A DNA stretch of 64,000 nt from Minisyncoccota bacterium (GCA_035546035.1 DASZXC010000014.1:1323-65322), one strand, 5' to 3'. Numbered from the stretch's first letter, positions 36,685-47,038 are shown. The notes: generated by a model from the letters alone, not told the origin. Translations and numbers: made by a program.

Positions 36685-38580
36685 CTATAGGATGCTTTCG
36701 GGGTCTACGTTCACGGCGTATGATGGCGGAAGGCCGCGGAGGCGCTCCAAAAGCTCGCTTTGAGGCCACTCTTTGCGCGGCAATTTGACGAGCGCATGCA
36801 TCACGTATTCCTCTTTGACCGTAGCTATGAATGCAGGGAATACGTCTACCTGGAATCCGGCGAGAGCGACCTTTAGTTTGTCCATGGATTCGAGCACGTC
36901 TTCCTTTTTCCCCGAATGTGAGACTTTGATGAAGGTCGAAAAGGGCGGAAAAGAGAACTGCCTTCGCGATTCGATCTCTTCGCGATAGAAATCGATGATG
37001 TTACCCTTGGCTCCCTGCGAGAGCACGGGCGCTTCGGGGTTCCTGGTCTGGAGGAGGAAGTGCTTGTTCGCTATCGCGCGCAGCTTCAGGATGATGGAGA
37101 ATATCTTTTCATTGATGCGGAAGTCGGGAATGGAGAATAGGGCGTCGAGCGTTCCCACGGCGCAGTAGTCGATAGGGCGGTCAAGGTATCCGAGGGCGAG
37201 CTCCGTGCCTATCAGTATCGATCCGGGCGATGCATACCATCTTTCGGCGATATCGGCGGCTTTCTTGGGGGTCGGCGCCGAGGCTTTGTCCAGGCGCATG
37301 ACCTTTGAATCAGGAAGGGCGGCGGAGAGCTCTTCTTCGAGGCGCTCCGTGCCGATGCCGAGCGTCTTGAGCCTCCACGAGCCGCAGTTCCGGCATTTGG
37401 TGTGGGCGTCGCTTTTCTTGCCGCACCTATTGCACATGAAGAATCGCCGGTCGTCGCTTCCGTGGAGGACGAGCGGCGCGCTGCAGCGGCCGCATGTTAG
37501 GACGTTCTCGCAATCGGAGCATACGGTCTGGGGGGCGAGGCCCTTTCTTCCGGCGAATATGAATATGCTGCTGTTCTCCGCGCGCGCTTTTTTGATGAGA
37601 TCGAGCAATTCATCCGATATGACTCGCACGTCATGGTCGGGATTCTTGTATCTCTTCATGTCCACGAGCGTATCTCGCGCCGTCGAAAGAGAGCGCATCG
37701 CCAGAGGCGCATAGTCCACGAGCTGATCTATGCCCGCACCCTCGTCTTCGCGCCAGAGCGTCTCGACGCGGAGGAACGAGTCGCCGAAGATAAGATCCAT
37801 GCCCGCCTCGCGCGCGTAGCGTTCGGCCAGGAAGCGGTGGTCGAGAAACGGCCGCGATCGCGCTTTGTAGTTTCGCGAGCTTTCATGCTCGACGATGATG
37901 AGCCCGATATCTGAGCGAGGGATAGAAAGGAACGCTCCGGTCGCAACGATGACGATAGGATGTTCGTCTTCGACGGCGGCTTTCCAGCGTTTGAGCGTTT
38001 CGCCTTTGGAGAGACCGCTATGGAACGTATAGGTATAGCGTTCGATGCCCTTTTCGAAATACGAGCAGGCGTTTTTTATATCCTCGACCGAAGGGAGCAT
38101 CATGAATACGGATTCCTTGTGGGCGAAGCGCTCGCGCACGAGGCTCTTGTAATGGCCGTAGCGGTCGTCTTCGCTCTTCTGGAGAACGTAGGATTCGCGG
38201 GGCTTTGATCTCTTCTTGAATTCGCCTGCCTCGGGTATCTTCTCGTAATCGGAAAGGATCGCTGCCGGCACCGATTCGAAGAGGGCGCTTCCGACCGAAG
38301 CTGCGTAGTATCGCGCGGTTTCCTCCACTGCCTTGAAAAATTGAGGCGACATCACGGCGCGCGGGTCGGCGCGCGATATCTTCTTGATCTCGAAATCAGC
38401 CGATTTTATCTCGGATTTAGATTCGGCGGCCGGTTCGGACGACATGACGAGCGCTCCCACCGTTCGCTTGCGGAGGGGAACGCGTATGATCGTGCCGGGC
38501 GCCGCGTCGGCAGGGCTCCAATAGGAAAGGATGTCGGCGCCGATACCGCGCGCTATGGGAATGGCTTTGATGATGCGCAC
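36685..38580 (-). CDS. priA: Primosomal protein N' (helicase motifs degenerate)
   Basis: VPL 3'-binding domain, four CxxC pairs, GIGTERLEEEL, PDFRINE, FPPF; GTG start. Confidence 0.88.
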   Translation of the reverse strand: MRIIKAIPIARGIGADILSYWSPADAAPGTIIRVPLRKRTVGALVMSSEPAAESKSEIKSADFEIKKISRADPRAVMSPQFFKAVEETARYYAASVGSALFESVPAAILSDYEKIPEAGEFKKRSKPRESYVLQKSEDDRYGHYKSLVRERFAHKESVFMMLPSVEDIKNACSYFEKGIERYTYTFHSGLSKGETLKRWKAAVEDEHPIVIVATGAFLSIPRSDIGLIIVEHESSRNYKARSRPFLDHRFLAERYAREAGMDLIFGDSFLRVETLWREDEGAGIDQLVDYAPLAMRSLSTARDTLVDMKRYKNPDHDVRVISDELLDLIKKARAENSSIFIFAGRKGLAPQTVCSDCENVLTCGRCSAPLVLHGSDDRRFFMCNRCGKKSDAHTKCRNCGSWRLKTLGIGTERLEEELSAALPDSKVMRLDKASAPTPKKAADIAERWYASPGSILIGTELALGYLDRPIDYCAVGTLDALFSIPDFRINEKIFSIILKLRAIANKHFLLQTRNPEAPVLSQGAKGNIIDFYREEIESRRQFSFPPFSTFIKVSHSGKKEDVLESMDKLKVALAGFQVDVFPAFIATVKEEYVMHALVKLPRKEWPQSELLERLRGLPPSYAVNVDPESIL

Positions 38581-38625
38581 GGGGAAAGTATAGCAGGGTA
38601 TGAGAATCGGATATACTTACTATAT

Positions 38626-39186
38626 ATGAAAGAGGTTCGTAGGCGGAAATTCATTAAAGACGGCATTGTCGTGGCTCTGAGCATCATCCTTGCAGTGTTT
38701 TTGGCCCGAAGCCCGCTCCTCGGACTGGCGCTCGAAAGCGGTAGGGGCTATTACGTGCTCGAAGCGTTCATCGGAGGACTCTTCTTCACGTCGGTCTTCA
38801 CGACCGTTCCTGCCATAGTCGTCCTGGGCTCGCTGACGGCCATCCATTCGCCGTATGTCGTAGCATTCGTCGGGGGCTTGGGCGCGGTCATAGGAGACCT
38901 CGTCATCTTCAGCTTCCTTAAAAAGCATGTCGCCGATGATATCTCCGACATCATCGTTCATTCGAAGTCGGGGCGGATGAGCCATCTCCTTAAATACAGA
39001 TTCGCGCGATGGTCGCTGGTGCTCCTCGGCGCCCTCGTCATCGCGTCGCCGTTCCCGGACGAGCTGGGCCTCACGCTCATGGGGCTTTCGAAGATATCGC
39101 GACCGAGATTCGCGGCCATCTCGTACATATTCAACACGCTCGGCATACTCGCCATCGCCGCAGCTCTCGCTTTTCGTCCTCTCTAA
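38626..39186 (+). CDS. Membrane protein (VTT/SNARE-associated-like)
   Basis: FFTSVFTT.P...GGLGAVIGD...ASPFPDELG; multi-TM. Confidence 0.75.
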   Translation: MKEVRRRKFIKDGIVVALSIILAVFLARSPLLGLALESGRGYYVLEAFIGGLFFTSVFTTVPAIVVLGSLTAIHSPYVVAFVGGLGAVIGDLVIFSFLKKHVADDISDIIVHSKSGRMSHLLKYRFARWSLVLLGALVIASPFPDELGLTLMGLSKISRPRFAAISYIFNTLGILAIAAALAFRPL

Positions 39187-39201
39187 GAATAGAATGGGAT
39201 C

Positions 39202-40485
39202 ATGGTAGAAAATTCCTTTAGGATAAGCGGCCTTGGCATTGGCCGGGGGGGCGAGAGGGTCCTTTCGGGTGACATACGCGTAGCGGGCGCGAAGAATGCG
39301 GCGCTCAAGATCATGGCTTCGGCGGCACTCTTCGACGATCATGTCGAACTTTTGAACGTTCCGGAGATCGAAGACGTCAATCGCATGGCCGAGCTCCTCG
39401 AAGGCGTCGGCATGAAGATAGAGAAGTCGGCAGGGAAGCGTAGGATCATCTTGCCCGCGAAGCTCGACCCCGATCTCCCGATGGGTCCCGCGACTGCGAT
39501 GCGCTCTTCCATCGTGCTCACGGGTCCGATGCTCTCCCGCATGGGCCGCGTATCATTCCCGAATCCGGGAGGTTGCTCTCTGGGCAACAGGCCGATCGAT
39601 CTCTTTCTCGACGGATTCCGCCGCATGGGCGCGGAGATCCGCACCGAAGGCGACATGTACGTCGCTCTCGCTCCCGACGGCCTTCAGGGCATGGAGTTCT
39701 TCTTTAAGGTGCAGAGCCACACCGGTACCGAGACCCTGATGATGGCCGCGACGCTCGCGAAGGGCCGTACGGTGCTTAAGAACTGCGCCCTTGAGCCGGA
39801 AGTAAAGTCTCTCGCCGATTTCTTGAACGCATGCGGAGCAAAGATATCCGGGGCAGGCACTTCGACTATTATCATCGACGGCGTTAGAAATCTGACGTCG
39901 AAAGGCATCGTCTATAAGACGATGCCTGATAGGATCGAAACGGGTAGCTTTATGATCCTCGCCGCCCTTGCGGGAAGATCGATCACGATAAGGGACTGCA
40001 TTCCCGGACATGTCGAGATAATCACGGAGATCCTCCGAACGGCGGGAGTCGATGTCTCCGTCGGCGAGAGCGAGATAACGGTCAAGGGGGCGAGCCTCTC
40101 GGCCGTCAATGTGCGCACGCATGAATTCCCGGGCCTTCCGACGGACCTTCAGGCTCCTATGGGCGTGCTCCTGACCCAGGCAGAAGGCGAGAGCGCCCTC
40201 TTCGAGACCATATACGAAGGTCGCCTGGCGTATACGAAAGACCTCGTGGCAATGGGCGCCAAGATCGCTTCGCAGGATACGCACCGCGTGCTTATACAGG
40301 GCCCGACGCCCCTCGCGGGAAAGCGGGTAAAAGCCCCTGACCTACGAGCAGGCATGGCCTTCGTCATCGCAGGCATCATCGCTTCGGGCGAAACGATCGT
40401 AGACAACGCATACGTGATCGACAGGGGATACGAAAATATCGCCGAGCGTCTGACAGCCCTCGGCGTCGATATAAAAAGGGAATAA
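39202..40485 (+). CDS. murA: UDP-N-acetylglucosamine 1-carboxyvinyltransferase
   Basis: GAKNAAL, PGGCSLGNRPID (active Cys present), PDRIE, PTDLQ, DLRAG, IDRGYE. Confidence 0.96.
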   Translation: MVENSFRISGLGIGRGGERVLSGDIRVAGAKNAALKIMASAALFDDHVELLNVPEIEDVNRMAELLEGVGMKIEKSAGKRRIILPAKLDPDLPMGPATAMRSSIVLTGPMLSRMGRVSFPNPGGCSLGNRPIDLFLDGFRRMGAEIRTEGDMYVALAPDGLQGMEFFFKVQSHTGTETLMMAATLAKGRTVLKNCALEPEVKSLADFLNACGAKISGAGTSTIIIDGVRNLTSKGIVYKTMPDRIETGSFMILAALAGRSITIRDCIPGHVEIITEILRTAGVDVSVGESEITVKGASLSAVNVRTHEFPGLPTDLQAPMGVLLTQAEGESALFETIYEGRLAYTKDLVAMGAKIASQDTHRVLIQGPTPLAGKRVKAPDLRAGMAFVIAGIIASGETIVDNAYVIDRGYENIAERLTALGVDIKRE

Positions 40486-40486
40486 G

Positions 40487-40515
40487 AAAAGGCCGCGTCA
40501 GGATGACGCGGCCTT
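40487..40515. terminator. Terminator hairpin between convergent genes
   Basis: AAGGCCGCGTCA / TGACGCGGCCTT. Confidence 0.75.
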
Positions 40516-40537
40516 GCAGAAGAGGGAAGAGGATATG

Positions 40538-40933
40538 CTAATTTGCGATCCTCCTTCCTTCAGAGCTGTGGGTAAAGCGGAGGAATGACGTGAAGAGGCT
40601 ATCCATTTTCTCCATCTGCTTGTCGGGCTTGTAGAGCACCACTGCCGACGCAAGCACGGGATCCGGCGACTCTTCCATTTCCGTGATGGTATAGAGCATG
40701 TAATGCTCGCAGCCGAAGGGTCTGTCGTAGCTGCCGGGAACCAGTTTGAAGGCCATGAAGCCTTCCGAGTCAGTTGTGGAGAGCGCTATGCACCTCTCCT
40801 CCGATCCGTCGGGACCGATGGGAAGCGTCCGCTCCGATATATCCGTCTGGCGGAAGCCTTGCGAGAACATACTGATGAGCTTTAGAAGACGCTCCTTCGA
40901 GACCGTCCGTATCGTGTGGGATTGTATTATCAT
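40538..40933 (-). CDS. Hypothetical protein (ORFan-like)
   Basis: 131-aa ORF from MIIQSH (alternative start 40969); the longer track ORF runs antisense to mreB. Confidence 0.55.
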   Translation of the reverse strand: MIIQSHTIRTVSKERLLKLISMFSQGFRQTDISERTLPIGPDGSEERCIALSTTDSEGFMAFKLVPGSYDRPFGCEHYMLYTITEMEESPDPVLASAVVLYKPDKQMEKMDSLFTSFLRFTHSSEGRRIAN

Positions 40934-41030
40934 AAGGTTAAAGATCGAGGGTTTGTCTGTAAATTGCATTATGACAAGCGTCCTGTCAAGTATCGCCGAA
41001 TGGCTCGAAAGCGTATAGTAAGGGCCATAT

Positions 41031-42044
41031 ATGGCGCTTCTCGCTAAAAAGCTCGGCATCGATCTCGGCACCGCGAATACGCTCGTATTCCTTCCCGGAA
41101 AGGGCATCGTGCTCAACGAGCCCTCGGTCGTCGCCGTCTCGGAGCAAGACAATAAGATTCTTGCCGTCGGAAACGACGCGAAATCCATGATCGGCCGTAC
41201 GCCTGAATCCATCATCGCGTACCGCCCGATGAAGGACGGCGTCATCGCCGACTATCGCGTGACCGAAGCGATGCTCCGCTACTTCATAGACAAGGCCTTG
41301 GGCAAATGGAACATCTGGAAGCCTGAAGTGCTCGTCTCCGTCCCCGCGGGCATCACGTCTACCGAACGCCGCGCCGTCGTCGAAGCCGCTATCAGGGCAG
41401 GGGCAAAGAGCGCCTATGTCGTCAAAGAGCCGATTCTCGCCGCTATCGGCGCGGGCATTCCGATCCAGGAAGCGCGCGGCCATATGATCGTCGACATCGG
41501 CGGCGGCACGACCGATGTGGCGGTGATATCGCTTGGAGGCATCGTCGCCTCGACGTCCGTCAAATGCGCGGGCAACCGCATAGACGCGGCTATCGCCGAC
41601 TATATAAAGAAGACGTTCAACCTCGCCATTGGCGACAAGACGGCGGAGGATATCAAGATCCAGATCGGCTCGGCCGTGCCCCTCGAAGAAGAGCTTTCGA
41701 TGATCATCAAGGGCCGCGACTTCATTTCGGGCCTTCCGCGATCGACCGAGATCAAAACGAATGAGATCGTCAAAGCGATCGGCCGCGAGCTCCGCGACAT
41801 GGTAAAAGCCATCAAGGACGTGCTCCAGGAGACGCCGCCGGAGCTCGCCGCGGACATCATAGACCACGGCATCATCATGACGGGCGGTTCGTCCATGCTC
41901 CGCAACCTTCCCGAATTGGTATTCCGCCGCACGGGCGTGAAGGCGATCCTCGCCGAAGAGGCTCTCTATTGCGTCGCAAAGGGCACGGGCATCGCCCTCG
42001 ACCATCTGGATGTCTATAAGAGGACCATCATCGCGAAGCGATAG
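41031..42044 (+). CDS. mreB: Rod shape-determining protein MreB/Mbl (paralog 1, stand-alone)
   Basis: GIDLGTANT, NEPSVVA, VDIGGGTTD, TPPEL, TGG. Confidence 0.95.
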   Translation: MALLAKKLGIDLGTANTLVFLPGKGIVLNEPSVVAVSEQDNKILAVGNDAKSMIGRTPESIIAYRPMKDGVIADYRVTEAMLRYFIDKALGKWNIWKPEVLVSVPAGITSTERRAVVEAAIRAGAKSAYVVKEPILAAIGAGIPIQEARGHMIVDIGGGTTDVAVISLGGIVASTSVKCAGNRIDAAIADYIKKTFNLAIGDKTAEDIKIQIGSAVPLEEELSMIIKGRDFISGLPRSTEIKTNEIVKAIGRELRDMVKAIKDVLQETPPELAADIIDHGIIMTGGSSMLRNLPELVFRRTGVKAILAEEALYCVAKGTGIALDHLDVYKRTIIAKR

Positions 42045-42096
42045 CCTATCGCTTTCTCGTCATTGACGGAGCGCCTGCTGGGGTGTAGGGTATAGC

Positions 42097-42300
42097 GCAG
42101 TTTCGCTGCACCTCGGATAGCGCTTCAAAATGTCACAAAAAGGGCCGACAACCGGTCCGGTAATCTCCGCCTTGGGCGGCATCAAAACAGCTGCCTTCCG
42201 CCGAAGGTCCGGAATAAATCGTCGGTCGGGTTTACCATAGTGATGCTCGACTCCGAGCGAATGTGAGGCTTTAAAGCTCCGCGGCAACGCGGGGCTTTTT
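42097..42300 (+). ncRNA. ssrS: 6S-like RNA candidate
   Basis: TTGACG-N17-TAGGGT promoter; rod-like pairing CTCGGA/TCCGAG and GGCCGAC/GTCGGTC around a central bubble; own terminator. Confidence 0.6.
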
Positions 42301-42304
42301 TCTT
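42273..42304 (+). terminator. Intrinsic terminator of the ncRNA
   Basis: AAAGCTCCGCG-GCAA-CGCGGGGCTTTTTT. Confidence 0.8.
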
Positions 42305-42318
42305 GCTATGATGAACTT

Positions 42319-42963
42319 ATGTTCAGCCGCGACTCTCTCCACCACGCCTATTTCATAGAAGGGGATAAGGCGCCCGCCCTCGCCGCGGTCGAGGCGTTTT
42401 TATCGGACGGTCTGGGGATCGTTCGGCAGGGCCATCCGGACGTCCACTATGCCGAATACGAATCGCTCGGCATAGGCGAGAGCCGAGCTCTCCGGGAGAT
42501 GCAGGCGATGAAGCCTGTCCGCGGCGACCGCAAGATATTCATACTCGTCGCGGATTCTATGACGAACGAAGCGCAGAATTCGCTCCTCAAGGTATTCGAG
42601 GAGCCGACGCCCGGAACCCATTTCTTCGTCATATCGTCTTCGGCGCGCATCCTCTTGCCGACGCTCCGCTCGCGCATGATAGTGGTCGTCCATGAATCGG
42701 CGAAGAAAAGCGATGCACGTAGGGACGCGAAGAACTTCATTCCTATGTCCCCTAAATCGCGCCTGGCATTCGTTGCGCCTCTAATCGAAGAAAAGGACAG
42801 GGCAAAAGCCGAAGAGTTCCTTCATGCCGTCATCGCCGAGCTCCATCGCGAGAAAAATATGGCGCCCATGAAAGAGCTGCTCTCGCTCGTCTCGTATCTG
42901 AAAGACCGGTCGTCGTCGCTGAAGCTTATCCTCGAGCGCGCGGCGCTCCTCGAGCTTTCGTAG
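42319..42963 (+). CDS. holB: DNA polymerase III delta'-like subunit (short)
   Basis: HHAY, HPD, AQNSLLKVFEEP, LPTLRSR. Confidence 0.8.
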   Translation: MFSRDSLHHAYFIEGDKAPALAAVEAFLSDGLGIVRQGHPDVHYAEYESLGIGESRALREMQAMKPVRGDRKIFILVADSMTNEAQNSLLKVFEEPTPGTHFFVISSSARILLPTLRSRMIVVVHESAKKSDARRDAKNFIPMSPKSRLAFVAPLIEEKDRAKAEEFLHAVIAELHREKNMAPMKELLSLVSYLKDRSSSLKLILERAALLELS

Positions 42964-42982
42964 TGTGCTATTATCTCGTCAT

Positions 42983-43534
42983 ATGCAATACAACTTTTCC
43001 AAACTTAAGGCAGGTCTCGCTGATACCGAAGCCTGGCTCCAAAAAGAGCTCGGCGCCATCAGGACGAACCGCGCAAACCCTTCTATCCTCGACTCTGTCC
43101 GCGTCGAAGCCTATGGCTCCGATATGGCGATCTCCGGCGTCGCGAGCCTTTCGAATGAAGATCCCCGCACTATCCGCATCACTCCGTGGGACCAGGGCCT
43201 CGTAAAAGCCATCGAGAAATCGATCGTTGTCGCCAGCCTCGGCGTCTCGGTCTCCGTAGACGACAAAGGCATCCGCGTATCGTTTCCCGAATTGACGAGC
43301 GAGCGCAGGAAGGACATCGTCAAAGCCGCCAAAGAGAAATTCGAGCAGGGCAGGATCAATATCAGGAAACATCGCGACGAGGTCATGACGGATATAGACA
43401 AGAAGGAAAAAGAGGGCGGCATGGGCGAGGACGAGAAGTTCCGCTTCAAGGCCGAAGCCCAGAAATTCATAGACGACTCTTCGAAGAAGCTCTCCGACCT
43501 CATGGACAAGAAAGAGAAGGAGATCATGAGCTAA
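42983..43534 (+). CDS. frr: Ribosome recycling factor
   Basis: IRTNRANPSILD, ITPWD, FPELTSERRK, KKEKEIM. Confidence 0.96.
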   Translation: MQYNFSKLKAGLADTEAWLQKELGAIRTNRANPSILDSVRVEAYGSDMAISGVASLSNEDPRTIRITPWDQGLVKAIEKSIVVASLGVSVSVDDKGIRVSFPELTSERRKDIVKAAKEKFEQGRINIRKHRDEVMTDIDKKEKEGGMGEDEKFRFKAEAQKFIDDSSKKLSDLMDKKEKEIMS

Positions 43535-43546
43535 GCCTCAATAATC

Positions 43547-44641
43547 GTGTACATAGTCACATTCTTCATAATCCTCGCCGTGCTGGTGCTCGTGCATGAA
43601 TTCGGGCATTTTTATGCCGCCAAAAGATCGGGCGTGCGCGTGGACGAATTCGGCCTCGGCTTTCCGCCGCGCATCTGGGGCTTCAAAAAGGGCGAGACGC
43701 TCTATTCCGTAAACGCCATCCCGTTCGGCGGCTTCGTCAAGATCTTCGGCGAAAACTATGACGTCGAGCCCTCCGCTTCAGCCGCTCTCGATCCGCGGAG
43801 CTTCGTCGCGAAGCCGCGCTGGGTGCAGACGGTCATACTTGCAGCGGGCATCGTCATGAATATTCTTTTCGCCTGGATATTGTTCTCTGTCGCGTACATG
43901 TCGGGGATGACGACGGGCATTTCAGAGCACGACGCGAAATACATCAGCGATAGCCACGTCATCGTCCTCGATACGTTGCCGGACTCTCCTGCGGTCCGCG
44001 ACGGGCTCAGGGAAGGCGACGCCGTCCTCGCTTATCGAGCGGGCGGAGCGACGACGACCATCAGCGACCCTGCGACCATCCAAGCCGTCACCAGGCAATC
44101 GGGAGGAAGGCCCGTGACGTTCCAGATCGAGCGCCTCGGCAAGCCGCAGTTCGTCACCGTCACACCGGAGAGATCTCCTGACGGGGTATATACTATCGGC
44201 ATATCTATGGATGTCGTCGGCAAGGCCAACCTGCCTTTTCATATCGCTCTCTGGGAAGGAGCGAAACTGACCGGCAGGCTCTTCGTCAATATTTTCGTCG
44301 GGCTCTTCAACCTGATCCATGACGCATTGCTCGGCCGCGCGGACGTGTCGCAGCTCTCTGGCCCGGTCGGCATCGCGCGACTCGTCGGCGACGCATCGAA
44401 GCTCGGCTTCGCATACCTGATGTCGTTCACCGCATTTATATCGCTCAATCTCGCGGCGCTCAACCTCATGCCGTTCCCGGCGCTCGACGGCGGCAGGATC
44501 ATATTCGTCGCCATAGAGGCTGTCCGCCGCAAAGCCATTCATCCGAAGATAGCCAATACCGTGAACGCCATCGGCTTCGGCATCCTTATCGTATTTATGC
44601 TCTTCATCACGTATAAAGACGTGATGAAGATCTGGGGCTAG
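43547..44641 (+). CDS. rseP: RIP metalloprotease RseP
   Basis: HEFGH, PDZ domain, GPVGI, NLMPFPALDGG. Confidence 0.95.
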   Translation: MYIVTFFIILAVLVLVHEFGHFYAAKRSGVRVDEFGLGFPPRIWGFKKGETLYSVNAIPFGGFVKIFGENYDVEPSASAALDPRSFVAKPRWVQTVILAAGIVMNILFAWILFSVAYMSGMTTGISEHDAKYISDSHVIVLDTLPDSPAVRDGLREGDAVLAYRAGGATTTISDPATIQAVTRQSGGRPVTFQIERLGKPQFVTVTPERSPDGVYTIGISMDVVGKANLPFHIALWEGAKLTGRLFVNIFVGLFNLIHDALLGRADVSQLSGPVGIARLVGDASKLGFAYLMSFTAFISLNLAALNLMPFPALDGGRIIFVAIEAVRRKAIHPKIANTVNAIGFGILIVFMLFITYKDVMKIWG

Positions 44642-44695
44642 GTCAAGTTACAAAACTTATAAAATAGGCTATTATGGGCGCATTAACGCTATCGT

Positions 44696-45964
44696 ATGCG
44701 CCAGAGCCACCTTTTCACCAAAACCCGTAAAGAAGCCCCCAAAGACGAAGTCTCTAGGAATGCCGAACTCCTCATCCGCGGCGGATATGTCTACAAGGAA
44801 ATGGCCGGCGTCTACGCGTTCATGCCTTTGGGCCTTCGCGTTCTCGAAAAGATCGTCCAGGTCATTCGCGAGGAGATGAACGCCATCGGCGGACAGGAAG
44901 TCTCGCTCACCGCGCTTCAGGACAAAAAGACCTGGGAGAAGACCGGCCGTTGGTCAGACGACGTCGTGGACAATTGGTTCAAGACAAAACTGAAGAACGG
45001 AACCGAGACAGGCCTCGGCTTCACCCATGAAGAGCCTCTCACGGCGCTCATGAAAGACTACGTCCATTCGTATCGCGACCTTCCTCGCGCCGTATATCAG
45101 TTCCAGACCAAATTCAGGAACGAAGAGCGCGCCAAATCGGGCATCATGCGCGGCCGCGAATTCTTGATGAAGGACCTCTATTCGTTCTCGCGCGACCAGA
45201 AGGAGCACGATGCGTACTACGAAAGCGCGAAGAAAGCGTACGTAAAGGTGTTCGAGCGCCTCGGCCTCGGCGACAAGACGTATGTCACGTTCGCGTCGGG
45301 CGGATCGTTCTCGAAATATTCCCACGAATTCCAGACGGTCACCGATGCGGGCGAGGATACCATATACGTAGACGAGAAAAAGAGGATCGCTATCAACAAA
45401 GAAGTGCTTACCGACGACGTCTTGAAAGACCTCGGCGTGAAGCGCGGCGACCTCGTCGAAAAGAAAGCCGTCGAAGTCGGGAACATATTCAGCCTCGGTA
45501 CGAGATTCTCGGACGCATTCGACCTGACGTACGTTGACGATAAGGGCGGCAAGCAGGCTGTCGTCATGGGATCGTACGGCATCGGCCCGAGCCGCGTCAT
45601 GGGCACTATCGTCGAGACGCTCTCCGACAAGGACGGCATCGTATGGCCTGAAGCCGTCGCTCCGTTCAAGGCGCATCTCATCGTCGTGGATTCGAAGGAT
45701 TCGGTCGGCGGTAAGAATGCGGCCCGCGCCGAAGCGGATCGTCTCTACAAAACCCTCTCCGACAAGGGAATAGAAGTGCTCTATGACGACCGCGACGCGC
45801 GACCCGGCGAAAAATTCGCCGACGCGGACCTCATGGGCATGCCGTACCGCATCGTCGTATCCGACAAGGCCCTCGCGGCCGGCGGCTACGAAGTGAAGCA
45901 TCGCGCGACGGGAAAGGCGGAAAGCCTTGCGGAAAAAGAGCTGACGGCTAGACTTCAGAAATAA
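44696..45964 (+). CDS. proS: Proline--tRNA ligase (short form, no editing insertion)
   Basis: MRQSHLF, THEE, FRNEER, REFLMKDLYSF, SYGIG, DDR..RPGEKFADADL. Confidence 0.95.
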   Translation: MRQSHLFTKTRKEAPKDEVSRNAELLIRGGYVYKEMAGVYAFMPLGLRVLEKIVQVIREEMNAIGGQEVSLTALQDKKTWEKTGRWSDDVVDNWFKTKLKNGTETGLGFTHEEPLTALMKDYVHSYRDLPRAVYQFQTKFRNEERAKSGIMRGREFLMKDLYSFSRDQKEHDAYYESAKKAYVKVFERLGLGDKTYVTFASGGSFSKYSHEFQTVTDAGEDTIYVDEKKRIAINKEVLTDDVLKDLGVKRGDLVEKKAVEVGNIFSLGTRFSDAFDLTYVDDKGGKQAVVMGSYGIGPSRVMGTIVETLSDKDGIVWPEAVAPFKAHLIVVDSKDSVGGKNAARAEADRLYKTLSDKGIEVLYDDRDARPGEKFADADLMGMPYRIVVSDKALAAGGYEVKHRATGKAESLAEKELTARLQK

Positions 45965-45970
45965 CGGAAC

Positions 45971-47038
45971 ATGCATATGCCCGCATTCATGGACAGATTC
46001 TATAAGGCGCTTTCGCACGACATAGGCATAGACCTTGGAACGGCTAATACGCTCGTCTATGTGAAAGGCCAGGGTATCGTCATCAACGAGCCTTCGGTCG
46101 TGGCGGTGAACCAGAAGACTGGCCGCGTCGTCGCCGTCGGCGCGCAGGCGAAAGACATGCTCGGTAGGACACCGGCCCATATCGTAGCGGTGCGCCCGCT
46201 CGTGGACGGCGTCATTTCCGATTTCGAGGTCGCCGAGGAGATGATGCTCTATCTCATGAACAAGGCGCAGAAGGAGACCAAGAAGTTCTTCGGTCCGCGC
46301 GTTATCGTCGGCATCCCGTCGGGCGTAACGAACGTGGAAGCGCGCGCCGTCCGCGACGCGACGAAGAACGCCGGCGCGCGCGAAGTCCATATCGTCGAAC
46401 AGCCTATGGCTGCGGCGATCGGCATCAGGCTCCCGATCCATGACCCTGCAGGCAATATGGTCATAGACATCGGCGGCGGCACGACCGATATCGCCGTGAT
46501 ATCTCTCGGCGGCGTCGTGCGCTCGAAATCGCTCAAGATCGCCGGAGACAGGCTTAATAACGACATCATCTCGTATATCAGGAACGAGTTCAAGATACTT
46601 ATCGGAGAGAAGACCGCCGAGGACATAAAAATAGCTATCGGCGTCGTGGTTCCCGAAGATCGCCCTCACGAGGCCCCTATCCGCGGCCGCGACCTCGTTA
46701 CCGGACTGCCGCGCGAGGTGGTCCTCACCGACGCGGACATCCGCGACGCTATCTCTCAATCCATAGACAATCTCGTAGATTCGGTGAAGGAAGTGCTCGA
46801 AACCACTCCTCCGGAGATCCTCGCCGACGTCATGCACCGCGGCATATACCTGGTCGGCGGCGGCGCGCTCATCCGCGGCCTCGACAGATTGATCGAGGAC
46901 TTCGTGAAGATCCCTGTCCACATCGCGGACGACCCTCTGACGGCTGTCGCGCGCGGCACCGGAGTCATTCTCGAGGACATAGAGAAATATCAGGACGTAT
47001 TGATCGCGAACGAAGATGACCTACCTAAAGCGCAGTAA
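45971..47038 (+). CDS. mreB: Rod shape-determining protein MreB (paralog 2, in mreBCD-pbp2 cluster)
   Basis: GIDLGTANT, IDIGGGTTD, GGGAL, DPLTAVARG. Confidence 0.96.
   Translation: MHMPAFMDRFYKALSHDIGIDLGTANTLVYVKGQGIVINEPSVVAVNQKTGRVVAVGAQAKDMLGRTPAHIVAVRPLVDGVISDFEVAEEMMLYLMNKAQKETKKFFGPRVIVGIPSGVTNVEARAVRDATKNAGAREVHIVEQPMAAAIGIRLPIHDPAGNMVIDIGGGTTDIAVISLGGVVRSKSLKIAGDRLNNDIISYIRNEFKILIGEKTAEDIKIAIGVVVPEDRPHEAPIRGRDLVTGLPREVVLTDADIRDAISQSIDNLVDSVKEVLETTPPEILADVMHRGIYLVGGGALIRGLDRLIEDFVKIPVHIADDPLTAVARGTGVILEDIEKYQDVLIANEDDLPKAQ

Noticed and set aside
42185-42220. SRP RNA resemblance (AGGTCCGGAA)
   Set aside because: The GGAAGCAGC half of helix 8 is missing; overall geometry fits 6S better.
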